Shown here one piece after another: positions 25,086 to 34,434 of a DNA stretch of 64,000 nucleotides. The notes under the pieces are model-generated. The model ran no database searches, was not told the origin of the DNA, and saw only the letters and a program-made list of their open reading frames with translations. Positions within the stretch are counted from its first letter, which is position 1; the number at the start of each line of letters is the position of its first letter. Position numbers and translations under genes: made by a program. Source of the DNA: a virus; IMG/VR virus record IMGVR_UViG_3300021090_000015, positions 1,782 to 65,781 of that record; one strand, 5' to 3'.

Positions 25086-26171
25086 ATGACAGAGAAAAAA
25101 ATCGTGGAGCGTGAAGCATCGGGCGAGAACAGCATGGGTGCTGATTCTCGATTGGAAGAGTCCCTGGAGAGCGGAGCGTTGACGCGGTATTCATATGTTC
25201 TTCAGGCTTTCATGGAGACGCCCTGGGCGATCCTTTCGAGCAAGTTAATCGTGTTGGAGGAGATCGTGGTGCGGCATGTGTCGGGGGAGAAATTGAGCGC
25301 GGAGGAAATACAGATGCGCATGCATGGGGTGGTCCGTCCGGCAGAGCGCCGGGTGACCCCGGCGAATGCAGCCGGGGCAGGCAGCGTGGCAGTGCTGCCA
25401 CTTTTTGGAACGATCTTTCCACGGGCAAATCTGATGACGGATATGTCTGGGGCGACCAGCGCGGAACGTTTTGGGGCGCAGTTTGCGGAGCTGGTCAAGG
25501 ACCCGAAAATCGATGCGATTGTGCTGGATGTAAACAGTCCAGGCGGACAGGTGGGTGGAATTGAAGAGCTTTCAAAACAGATCTTCGATGGGCGCGGACA
25601 AAAGCCGGTCATCGCGGTGGTCAACCATCTGATGGCATCGGCGGCTTATTGGATCGGGAGCGCGGCGGATGAGATCGTTGTGAGTCCATCCAGTGAAGTG
25701 GGATCGATTGGTGTCTTCGCGGTGCACCAGGATATGAGTGCGGCGCTCGAGAAGACTGGCATAAAAGTATCGCTGATCAGCAAGGGAAAATTCAAGATGG
25801 AGGGAAATCCCTATGAACCATTGGGCGAGGAAGCGCGATCTGCCATCGATGCGAGAGTCGGCGACTATTACGAATCCTTTGTCAATGGGGTGGCGCGCAA
25901 CCGCGGCGTCAAGCCCACCATGGTAAAGAACGGATTTGGTGAGGGTCGAGTGGTCGGCGCCCAGCAGGCAATTGAACTGGGGATGGCTGACCGGATGGGA
26001 ACACTACAGGAGACCATTGATCGTTTGTTCCAGGCAAAGGGTTCGCCTGCCATAGCGCAGGCAAATTTATTAGTCAATGATCCGCGCGAGTTGGAGTCCA
26101 GCTCTTCAACGAATGCGGATTTTGAGCACGAGGCGCAGCGCCTGCGTGACTACGTTCAAATTTTCAAGTAA
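25086..26171 (+). CDS. Prohead protease, S49/SppA family
   Basis: LDVNSPGG, MASAAYWI, GSIGV, G.AD..GT. Confidence 0.88.
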   Translation: MTEKKIVEREASGENSMGADSRLEESLESGALTRYSYVLQAFMETPWAILSSKLIVLEEIVVRHVSGEKLSAEEIQMRMHGVVRPAERRVTPANAAGAGSVAVLPLFGTIFPRANLMTDMSGATSAERFGAQFAELVKDPKIDAIVLDVNSPGGQVGGIEELSKQIFDGRGQKPVIAVVNHLMASAAYWIGSAADEIVVSPSSEVGSIGVFAVHQDMSAALEKTGIKVSLISKGKFKMEGNPYEPLGEEARSAIDARVGDYYESFVNGVARNRGVKPTMVKNGFGEGRVVGAQQAIELGMADRMGTLQETIDRLFQAKGSPAIAQANLLVNDPRELESSSSTNADFEHEAQRLRDYVQIFK

Positions 26172-26181
26172 GGAGAATAAT

Positions 26182-26568
26182 ATGCCAAACCTAAAACCCT
26201 ATTACGACGCCGCGCTCGCTGCGGATGCAGAGGTGAAGCGGATCCTGGCTGAGATGGATGCTGCTTTCAACGATGGTACTCCGGAAGGTAAACAGAAGGC
26301 GCTTGATCTGCGTCCCGCGCTGGATGAGGCACAGAAGAAAGCGAAGCAATCCAATGAGTTATATACCAGCATGCGCGATGCATCGCTGGTCAATGACAAC
26401 ATGGCTGCACTCTTCACCGCGCCTCCGGATGTTGCCAATCCGTCAGAATCGCAGAACCCGGCAGGTGAAAACCAGGCCGTGACTCCGATGAAGCTCGCTA
26501 ATTACCGGACACTCTCGCCCAAGGAACGCCTGGCGTTTGCCAAGAAACATGGGCAAATTGAAGAGTAG
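26182..26568 (+). CDS. Scaffold-like helical protein
   Basis: Coiled-coil N-terminus, C-terminal LSPKERLAF motif, between protease and capsid. Confidence 0.55.
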   Translation: MPNLKPYYDAALAADAEVKRILAEMDAAFNDGTPEGKQKALDLRPALDEAQKKAKQSNELYTSMRDASLVNDNMAALFTAPPDVANPSESQNPAGENQAVTPMKLANYRTLSPKERLAFAKKHGQIEE

Positions 26569-26629
26569 CCTTCGCTGAAAACGATAGGCACAACAAAGAT
26601 CAAAGAAGATTAAAGAAGGAGAATAAACA

Positions 26630-27790
26630 ATGACTGCAAATACTTTAACCGGTCTCGTGGTGGATGCCCAGCTTGCCGCTGATCGTGTACTGCGCGAGCA
26701 AACTGGTTTTTTGGGCGCGGTCTTTATGGACCCGTCTGCGGATATGGTGGCGTTAAACCAGAACGTCACTTATCCAATCGTCCCCACGATGGCTGCCACG
26801 GCAGTGACGCCCGCGATGACCCCCACTGAACCCACCGGTCAGACCGTTGGTTATGGACAGATGGCGATGAGCAAGGTTTACAAAGTGCCATTCGTCTGGC
26901 GTGGGGAAGAACAAAAGTCGATCAGCAAGATCTACGATAACGTCAAGCAGGACCAGCTCGCCCAGGCGTTCCGAACGCTGGTCAATGCGATCGAGCTCGA
27001 CCTGTTCCTGGCTGCGAAACAAGGCGCATCACGCGCTTATGGCACTGCCGGCGCCACGCCTTTCGGCACCGTCGCCGATCTATCCGACGTGGCTCAAGTC
27101 CGTCAGATACTGGCGGAGAATGGTGCGTGGACGGATGACATGCATTTTGTGCTCAGCCTGCCCAGTGGAACCAATATCCGTAGTAAACAATCCAGCCTGT
27201 TTAAGGTCAATGAGGCGGGGTCGGATGAATTACTGCGTGAAGGAAACCTTGGACGATTGCAAGGTTTCAACTTCCACGAGTCATCCCAGATTGCGGTTCA
27301 CACCAAGGGCACGGCGGCAAACTATTTAGTTGATCTGACCGCAGGCTATGTTGCCGGATCGACAACCGTGCATATCGATACCGGCACGGGAACCGTTTTG
27401 GTTGGCGATGTATTGACCAACACCAAGACGGGCCGCGATACCAATAAATACGTCGTGAACACCGGCTTCGCCGGCGATGGCGATGGCGATATCGTGCTTG
27501 CCAAGCCTGGCAACCGGGTGGCCTGGGTGAATAACGATCCGGTCGCAGTTGGGAGTGCCTATACCGGTAACTTCGCCTTCGAGCGCAATGCCATCCATTT
27601 GCTGACCCGCCTGCCTGAGCTTCCAAAAGAAGGTGCGCTTGGTGAACACGAAGTCATCACAGATCCGTATAGTGGCATGTCCTTCCTGCTTTCTGTGTAT
27701 CCGGGATATCACCTGGTCCTGATCGAGGTATCCGTGGCGTGGGGCGTAAAGGCTGTGAAGTCCGAAGCCATTGCCACCCTGCTTGGTTAG
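26630..27790 (+). CDS. Major capsid protein (P22-coat-like with inserted beta domain)
   Basis: LVN.IE.DL, G.LG.L.GF...ES, N.AF...AI.L..R, .WGVK...E. Confidence 0.8.
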   Translation: MTANTLTGLVVDAQLAADRVLREQTGFLGAVFMDPSADMVALNQNVTYPIVPTMAATAVTPAMTPTEPTGQTVGYGQMAMSKVYKVPFVWRGEEQKSISKIYDNVKQDQLAQAFRTLVNAIELDLFLAAKQGASRAYGTAGATPFGTVADLSDVAQVRQILAENGAWTDDMHFVLSLPSGTNIRSKQSSLFKVNEAGSDELLREGNLGRLQGFNFHESSQIAVHTKGTAANYLVDLTAGYVAGSTTVHIDTGTGTVLVGDVLTNTKTGRDTNKYVVNTGFAGDGDGDIVLAKPGNRVAWVNNDPVAVGSAYTGNFAFERNAIHLLTRLPELPKEGALGEHEVITDPYSGMSFLLSVYPGYHLVLIEVSVAWGVKAVKSEAIATLLG

Positions 27791-27798
27791 GTGGTGCC

Positions 27799-28050
27799 AT
27801 GAGCACACTCACCCTGATGGAAAAAGAAGGACAGGGGCGCATGAACGTCCCGGCTGACAAGGTGGAGGCTTATAAAAAGGAGGGCTGGATCGTGATCGAC
27901 CGCCCTCCTGAGCCTGCACCCGTGTATCCCGTGAAACCGATCGTTCCCCAGGCGGATAGCCCGGCAGAAGCGGAAGATGAAGCGGACCGGACTCCGGTCG
28001 ATGTCGAGCAGGTCGTGGAGAAGATTTCAAAGCGATCTAAAAAAGGCTAG
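27799..28050 (+). CDS. Small head-associated protein
   Basis: V..Y...GW motif, low-complexity tail. Confidence 0.55.
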   Translation: MSTLTLMEKEGQGRMNVPADKVEAYKKEGWIVIDRPPEPAPVYPVKPIVPQADSPAEAEDEADRTPVDVEQVVEKISKRSKKG

Positions 28051-28056
28051 GAACGC

Positions 28057-28674
28057 ATGACGCAAGAAACTCAATTTCTGATGGTCAAAGACGGTGCCAT
28101 GCTGAACGTGCTGGCAGATGACCTGGCCACCTATCTGACCGCAGGCTGGAATATCCTGCACATGCGCTACAGTGAGGGCGGCGAGGGTCTGGATACCACC
28201 TCGCTGGTCTTGATGGTCAAGGAATCGGATGCGATCTACGTCCGCCCGGGAGCGGTGGCCAGTTATCGAGCGAATGGTTATATCGTGGCGCAGGTCATCT
28301 ATGGTTCGGACGCTGTCTCGATCCTGGCGCACAATGCGAACCTGGTTTTTCTGGACACGCCAGCCTTTGCGAGCGCGGAGGTTGGCACGGTGGCGGCGAC
28401 CACGCTGGTGATGACCTTCTCGACGGAAGTGGCATCCGCTGATTTTACGGATGGCGTGACGATCAAGAACGGTGTTACACCCCAAGCCATTGAGAGTGCG
28501 ACACTCCAAACTGATCAACGCGTGGTGTATTACGTCATCCCGGCGGTGGTAAATGGCGATACTGTGACCTGGGAATATGCACAAGCCAGTGGAAGCATTG
28601 TCAGCGCGGTGGATGGATCCCTGCTGGAAGATGTGGCCGCGCAGGAAGTCACGAACAATGTGGCAGCGGAATAA
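28057..28674 (+). CDS. Putative head decoration protein with Ig/SwmB-like domain
   Basis: Two Y...GW/GY repeats, then a beta-sandwich-like domain. Confidence 0.5.
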   Translation: MTQETQFLMVKDGAMLNVLADDLATYLTAGWNILHMRYSEGGEGLDTTSLVLMVKESDAIYVRPGAVASYRANGYIVAQVIYGSDAVSILAHNANLVFLDTPAFASAEVGTVAATTLVMTFSTEVASADFTDGVTIKNGVTPQAIESATLQTDQRVVYYVIPAVVNGDTVTWEYAQASGSIVSAVDGSLLEDVAAQEVTNNVAAE

Positions 28675-28677
28675 TCC

Positions 28678-29706
28678 ATGACCGACCCGGTGTTTGCGCA
28701 GACGTATTGTTCCCTGGCGGAGATCGACGAGGACTCTGAGCTATTTGGTTCGGAGCGCGAGGTGAAGATCTTCGAGAAGATCCAGGCAGCCAGCAATTTC
28801 CTGGAAAAGGAGATCGGCTGGTTTTTGCCGGTCGCGATGACGCGCAAGTTCAATGGTAATGGCAGACCGACGTTGTTGATCCCGCCGCTGTTGAGTCTTT
28901 CGAGCCTGGTCAATGATAGTGTCACGCTGAGCACGGTCAATTATCTACTTCAGCCGGATGGGCGGCATTATGCCAATGGTCCCTATTCAGAGATCCATGC
29001 AGCTCCGGGAGCTACGTATGGAGCTTCTTTTATCTGGTCTTCCGTCGATAACGGTGTGGAGGTGGCCGGCAAGTGGGGACTGTATGATGTACTAAAAGCC
29101 CTGGGTGCGACCCTGGGCGCACAACAGGCGGTGGACGCGCTGACGGTGCAGGTGAATAACGGCGCGCTGGTTTCACCGGGCATGGTGCTGGTGATCGGCG
29201 ATGAATCTGAATTTGTGGAGAGCACGAATTCAACACCCAGCGCGGCGGTGACGACATTAAACGGGGCACTGGATGCGGTGAGCGATACGCTCACTTTTAC
29301 AAACGGAGCGTTGATCAACATCGGCGAGACGATGCGCGTGGACCTGGAGCAAATGAAACTCCTGGACAGGAACGGCAACACCGGATATGTGCAGCGCGGA
29401 TGGAACAAGAGCCGCAAGACGAACCATCTGACCGGCGCCAACGTGGATGTGTATCGCACGTTCAACGTGACACGCGCGGTCAATGGATCGAGCGCTGCGC
29501 TGCATACCAATACATCGGCGGTCTCACGGCAGATGGTGCCCGGAGATGTAAAGCAGTTGACACTCAAGATCGCCAGCCGTATGTTGAAAGATTCTTCCAG
29601 TGGATATTCGGGCGTGATCGGCGATGGGATGGGCGGCAATGCGATGTATCTGTACGTGCTGCCGAAAGAGCTGGAAGACATCAAACGCAATTACAAGGCA
29701 TGGTGA
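28678..29706 (+). CDS. Head-tail connector-like protein with inserted beta repeats
   Basis: Y.SLAE...I.AAS...E..IG; W GKWG; P.DVK.L.L.IASR. Confidence 0.65.
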   Translation: MTDPVFAQTYCSLAEIDEDSELFGSEREVKIFEKIQAASNFLEKEIGWFLPVAMTRKFNGNGRPTLLIPPLLSLSSLVNDSVTLSTVNYLLQPDGRHYANGPYSEIHAAPGATYGASFIWSSVDNGVEVAGKWGLYDVLKALGATLGAQQAVDALTVQVNNGALVSPGMVLVIGDESEFVESTNSTPSAAVTTLNGALDAVSDTLTFTNGALINIGETMRVDLEQMKLLDRNGNTGYVQRGWNKSRKTNHLTGANVDVYRTFNVTRAVNGSSAALHTNTSAVSRQMVPGDVKQLTLKIASRMLKDSSSGYSGVIGDGMGGNAMYLYVLPKELEDIKRNYKAW

Positions 29707-29709
29707 GGT

Positions 29710-30159
29710 ATGAGCTACAAGATCGACTTTGCCGCGGCAGACGTGGATTGGCAGATACAGGCGATCACCATCTTCCCAGAGATCGCGAATCGGCATTTTT
29801 ATCCAGCCATGCACCACGCAGCCAATACGCTGATGGGTGCGATCGAGCCGAACATCCCGGAAGCCAGTGGGCTGCTTAAGAGCCGCTTTAGAAAAGCAGT
29901 GAGCGGAAAAGGATTATTTATCACGGCGAGAGTCGGGTTTCCTAACTTCGCCGGCGTGGCGTATGTAGTGCCGTTGGAATATGGTGCGCAGCCGCACGAG
30001 ATCGGTTATGTGCCTCACCTGGATGTCTCGATCCGCGTGCATCCTGGCATTGCCCCAAGGAAATTTATGGAGCGAGGCTTCGAGCAGGCGCAGAGCGAGA
30101 TCGATGTGACGATGGCCATGGCGTTGGAAGGATTGGTCAATGAGTTGGGAAAGGATTAG
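29710..30159 (+). CDS. HK97 gp10-like neck protein
   Basis: P..SG.L.S, Y...LEYG, HPG..PR.F...G. Confidence 0.75.
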   Translation: MSYKIDFAAADVDWQIQAITIFPEIANRHFYPAMHHAANTLMGAIEPNIPEASGLLKSRFRKAVSGKGLFITARVGFPNFAGVAYVVPLEYGAQPHEIGYVPHLDVSIRVHPGIAPRKFMERGFEQAQSEIDVTMAMALEGLVNELGKD

Positions 30160-30199
30160 TGATCAGTGGTCAGTGATCAATGGTCGGTAGGGAAACAAG

Positions 30200-30676
30200 A
30201 TGGCTGATGCAGTTGAGACCTGGATTGATTATCTATGCAAGGTCTTTAACATCGCAGATGGACGCGGCGGTGAAGTGCATTCCTTTGTGGTGTTCGAGAA
30301 GAACGAACTACCAGCTGTGATCACGCCGGATATGGTGCCCTGCGCGGTAAGTTATGTGACCGGTGTGCAGCCAGATTATTCCACCGGCGGACCGACGATC
30401 TTTTATTCCAACGGGCAGACGGAATTTCACCTAACCACGGATGTGAAGCCCGCGAACATCTCCTATATCATGCCATTCTTTGGACGCATAATCGCCGCGG
30501 CAGCGCAGAATATGAAATTGAGTAACAAGGTAGAGCTATTCCACTTCGTGGATGCCACTGACGCGCTGGCTTTTGTAATCTATAAGGATGCTGCCGGAAA
30601 GGACGATCACCAGGGCATCTTGGTGAAGTGGAAAGTGAAGCAGAATCTATCTGGGCAGTATACGGTGTCGGCGTAG
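30200..30676 (+). CDS. Tail terminator/completion-like protein
   Basis: Position and size. Confidence 0.5.
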   Translation: MADAVETWIDYLCKVFNIADGRGGEVHSFVVFEKNELPAVITPDMVPCAVSYVTGVQPDYSTGGPTIFYSNGQTEFHLTTDVKPANISYIMPFFGRIIAAAAQNMKLSNKVELFHFVDATDALAFVIYKDAAGKDDHQGILVKWKVKQNLSGQYTVSA

Positions 30677-30700
30677 CAACGCTTAGACTAAGGAGTCACT

Positions 30701-30943
30701 ATGAAATACAAGTTTGTCGGTGAGGGAATGGGCGTGCCAGGGCTGCCGCATGAGATATCGGACGAGGAAGCGATCGAGATGGGTGTCGTCGAACTTTTGC
30801 AGGCTGCCATCGAGAATGGTAATTACGTCGAAGAAGCCATGCCGGAGTCTATTCCGGAAAAGGAAATGAGCGAGGCTCAAACAGAACCTGCTGCTGACGT
30901 CGACGAGACGACGAAAAAGAAATGGAGTAAGCATGGGCAATGA
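30701..30943 (+). CDS. Small acidic hypothetical protein
   Basis: AAGGAG RBS. Confidence 0.55.
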   Translation: MKYKFVGEGMGVPGLPHEISDEEAIEMGVVELLQAAIENGNYVEEAMPESIPEKEMSEAQTEPAADVDETTKKKWSKHGQ

Positions 30944-31955
30944 ATTTTTCGGCAAAGTCCAATACGGCAAAGAAAGCGCGGCTGCGCATGGTACGCCGGT
31001 CACAGCGACGAAGATCCTGCTGGGTAAGGTGCCAGCGATCAACAGCGACCGCAAGCCGGTTATCCCGAATGAGGACGCCGGGCTGCGCACGCGCGGTGTG
31101 CGAGCCGTCATCCACCAATACCTGTATAGCAACACCCTGACCACGGAGCACGGATATTTTCAGGAATTGCCAGCGCTGTTTGGATGTGGGCTAAAGGGTG
31201 GTGTGACAGCCAGCGAGCAAACGCCATCCCAGGGTGATTATTTGTGGAACTTCACACCGAGCCTGCTGTTTGGTGTAAGCAATGCACCCGATTCACTGAC
31301 ACTGGAATTAGGCGATGACGCGCGCGTGCGGCAGAGCGAATATGTGATGTTCGAGCGTATTCGAATCAGCGGGCAGGTGTCGCAAGGCATGGACGCCAGC
31401 CCGGTAACGATCGAGCGGGATTTCTTCGGACGGCAATTGTCGCCGGTCAGCGCATTCACCGCTGCGTTATCCCTGCCAGCGGCAGAACCGATCAACGCGA
31501 AATTATCACGCTTTTACCTGGACAGCGCCTGGTCTGGTATCGGAGGCACAGAGAAGCTCAATATCCTGCGCAGCTTCGATGTGGAGATCCTGACGGGTCT
31601 GCACCCGAAGTTTTCAGGATCTGGAAATAAATATTTCAACACCCATGGCGAGGGTTTGATCACCTTCGCAGCGAACTTCACGTTCGAAGGGAATAGCGAT
31701 GCGGAAGCGATTGCGGATGCCCAGCAGGCAGCTACGTTCCAGGCGGTGAGGCTGAAGATCAATGGCGGGCAGATCGGGACTGGTCAGAACCATAGCCTGA
31801 CGGTTGACATGGGCGGCGTGTGGGAATCAGTGAGCCAGATGGGCGCCAAGGACCGAACCGACAATCTGCATACCGCCACGCTGATGGATCAATACGATGC
31901 CACCGGTGCGAAGCTGCTGCAGGTGGCTGTATCGACGGATTCGAACAGCTATTAG
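30933..31955 (+). CDS. Major tail (tube) protein
   Basis: Position before chaperone/TMP; beta-rich, 340 aa. Confidence 0.7.
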   Translation: MGNEFFGKVQYGKESAAAHGTPVTATKILLGKVPAINSDRKPVIPNEDAGLRTRGVRAVIHQYLYSNTLTTEHGYFQELPALFGCGLKGGVTASEQTPSQGDYLWNFTPSLLFGVSNAPDSLTLELGDDARVRQSEYVMFERIRISGQVSQGMDASPVTIERDFFGRQLSPVSAFTAALSLPAAEPINAKLSRFYLDSAWSGIGGTEKLNILRSFDVEILTGLHPKFSGSGNKYFNTHGEGLITFAANFTFEGNSDAEAIADAQQAATFQAVRLKINGGQIGTGQNHSLTVDMGGVWESVSQMGAKDRTDNLHTATLMDQYDATGAKLLQVAVSTDSNSY

Positions 31956-31964
31956 CGAGGATCA

Positions 31965-32456
31965 ATGAAGATCAACATCCCGAAGGTCGTCATTCCGGTG
32001 AGCCTGGCGGAGTATGCCCCGGAGCTGCAAGGGAAGTTCCTGCATGTATGGGTGAACCAGCCCAGGGAGAGACTGCGGGAATACGATGACCTGGTGACGG
32101 AGATGCAGGAAAGATCCATGGCGGAGGCGAGGAAAAGTGTTGAAAGTCAGACGTCGAAGGTCGTCCCGCAAGGGGATGATAAAGGTCAGGAAGGTCGAAC
32201 GTCGACGGTCATGGAAAAGGTCTTCGATCAAATACGGGCGATGCTGCGATTTAAACGCGAGCGAAAAGCGGATGGCATCGATGTGAAGCTGCTGAAGTGG
32301 TACGCAGAAATGTGGAGCCAGGGTCCGGACGATACGAAATGGACTGTTGATGAGCTGCAGGAACTGGAAGCGCAGGACCCGGCGTTCCTAAGCTGGTGTA
32401 TCGCGCGTTCGTGGAACGAGCGATTGGAGCATATGCAGCGCAAAAAAAAAGCCTGA
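31965..32456 (+). CDS. Tail assembly chaperone (gpG-like)
   Basis: Ends in the slippery run A AAA AAG. Confidence 0.7.
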   Translation: MKINIPKVVIPVSLAEYAPELQGKFLHVWVNQPRERLREYDDLVTEMQERSMAEARKSVESQTSKVVPQGDDKGQEGRTSTVMEKVFDQIRAMLRFKRERKADGIDVKLLKWYAEMWSQGPDDTKWTVDELQELEAQDPAFLSWCIARSWNERLEHMQRKKKA

Positions 32457-32719
32457 GTGATGCGCTGGAGTATGCAGCGCAGAGGGGTATGACTAATCAC
32501 GAGAAGCTCAGGGATGTGGAGCTGGCAAGATTGATCAATGTGCAGTGCGGTGCGGCATTCGTGGCGCCATGGGAGGTTGGACAGCTTGACGAGGAATGGA
32601 TCGATGTGTTCAAGGGGCTGGCAGATCTGCCCAGGATGCGCGAGAGTTACCAGGCATTCGACAGGAAGCTGTCTGAGATCCGGGCGAAACATCCGACGTA
32701 TAGGAAGTATTTGAATTAG
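32441..32719 (+). CDS. -1 frameshift extension of chaperone (gpGT-like)
   Basis: CAAAAAAAAAG run; the -1 frame stays open to 32719. Confidence 0.7.
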   Translation, partial: QKKSLSDALEYAAQRGMTNHEKLRDVELARLINVQCGAAFVAPWEVGQLDEEWIDVFKGLADLPRMRESYQAFDRKLSEIRAKHPTYRKYLN

Positions 32720-32745
32720 GTTCAGAAGTTCGAGGCACACAAGTT

Positions 32746-34434
32746 ATGGCGAAGAGCGTTCTTGATCTTATTATCAAATTATCAAAGCAAGGCAACGCGG
32801 ATAAAGAGACCGTTACAGGGCTGTACAAGCTCAAGAGCGCGATCACGGGCGCCGCGGCGGTCACCGGCACGCTGGTAGCTGCCGGGTATGCCGTTTATAA
32901 GGTTTTTGACGAGACCGTGGGTGTACTGGTGGAGTATGCGGATAAGGTGCGCAGGATCCACGATGCGACGGGGGTCTCTGTTGAGGATGCTTCGAAGCTG
33001 ATCCAGATACTGGATGATCAAAAGATCTCTTTCGAGCAATTGGAGAAAGTTGTAGCAAAGAACGGCAAGACATACGATTATTCTGCTGAGGGGCTCGCGC
33101 GGATGTCGGACGAATTCCTGGAGCTGACGGATTCCAACCAGCAGGCAGCCTATATGCAGGCGCGATTTGGCAAGGACTGGATCTCGTTTGTGCCAGTCAT
33201 GAAGCAGGGCAGCCAGGCGATCCGTGAGGCGAGCGATGCAGTCAACAAGAACCTGGTGCTAACCGAGAAAGACACGATCCAGACGCGCCTGTGGGAGATC
33301 CAGGTCGATAACGCCAAAGACACCTGGGACGGTTTCATGATGTCGATAGGAAAGGGAGCGCTGGGCGCTCTGGATGGCAGTACAGACGCGATTCACGAAA
33401 ACGCACAGGCGATCTTTGAAGCAGCGAAAGGATATTCTTATGCCGGGCGATTCGCTACGGAAGCGGACAAAGCCATATGGGAGGAAGCGCTAAAGGTTGC
33501 TGAAGCCGAATGGGTCAAAGCGAATGCGCTGGATGCCAGCACAACTGCCACAGATGCAGCCATACCGTCCGCGGAGGGATATGCCGAGGCACTGAAGGAA
33601 CAAGCGAAGGCAAATACAGACCTGCTGGGGTTGATCAGCAAGGTAGGCAGCGAGGAGAAGAGTTACCAGGAAACAGCCGCCCAACTGGCACAGGAGCGCG
33701 TGAAGATCGAGCAGGAACGAGCGGTAGCGATCTTGCAAGGCTGGTGGGAAGGTTCGGAGAAGATCAAGGAGTTCGACGCGGCGCTCGACGAAAATGCTAC
33801 GAAGGTGGAAGAGAATGCCGCCAAACATCATGAGGCGATGGGGAAGATCCAATATGACTTATTGATCACCAGGTTATCTGTGGATGGTTTGACCAACGAA
33901 GAGTATGCGATGGCAGAGCAGGCGGGACTGATGTTCGGCGTGTTTGATCAGGCTTCCGTGACGACTGCCAAAAATATGGACGATGTGACCCAGGCTGTGC
34001 AAGGAGGGCTGCTAAAACTGGAGGACATGCAGCGCGTGCTGGATATGATGAAAACTGGCTATACCATCGATGTAGCGCTGCGCATCCTTTCCAGCATGGC
34101 GAATAGCCCAGAACCGGATGTGAGCACACCAGGTGCGAAACGCAGGCACGGTGGTGCGGTGGGCTTTGCAGGCGGTGGTATTGCCACGGGTCCGGAGTCG
34201 GGACACTGGGAACTGCTGCACGGCAACGAAGCGGTGATCCCGCTGCAGAATGGCGCGGTGCCGGTGCAGATGTCTGGAAGTGGCGCATCTTCAGGCGGCG
34301 GCGATGTCTATAACGTGACCTTGAAGGTCGAGTCGGCGGTGACGGTAATGGATGAGCAGAAGACACAGAATGTGCTGCTGCCTTATATCATCACGGGCAT
34401 CCGCCAGGCGAAGGCGCAGGGGGCGATCAAATGA
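32746..34434 (+). CDS. Tape measure protein
   Basis: Ala-rich helical, C-terminal FAGGG..GP...E LLHG.EAVIPL. Confidence 0.85.
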   Translation: MAKSVLDLIIKLSKQGNADKETVTGLYKLKSAITGAAAVTGTLVAAGYAVYKVFDETVGVLVEYADKVRRIHDATGVSVEDASKLIQILDDQKISFEQLEKVVAKNGKTYDYSAEGLARMSDEFLELTDSNQQAAYMQARFGKDWISFVPVMKQGSQAIREASDAVNKNLVLTEKDTIQTRLWEIQVDNAKDTWDGFMMSIGKGALGALDGSTDAIHENAQAIFEAAKGYSYAGRFATEADKAIWEEALKVAEAEWVKANALDASTTATDAAIPSAEGYAEALKEQAKANTDLLGLISKVGSEEKSYQETAAQLAQERVKIEQERAVAILQGWWEGSEKIKEFDAALDENATKVEENAAKHHEAMGKIQYDLLITRLSVDGLTNEEYAMAEQAGLMFGVFDQASVTTAKNMDDVTQAVQGGLLKLEDMQRVLDMMKTGYTIDVALRILSSMANSPEPDVSTPGAKRRHGGAVGFAGGGIATGPESGHWELLHGNEAVIPLQNGAVPVQMSGSGASSGGGDVYNVTLKVESAVTVMDEQKTQNVLLPYIITGIRQAKAQGAIK

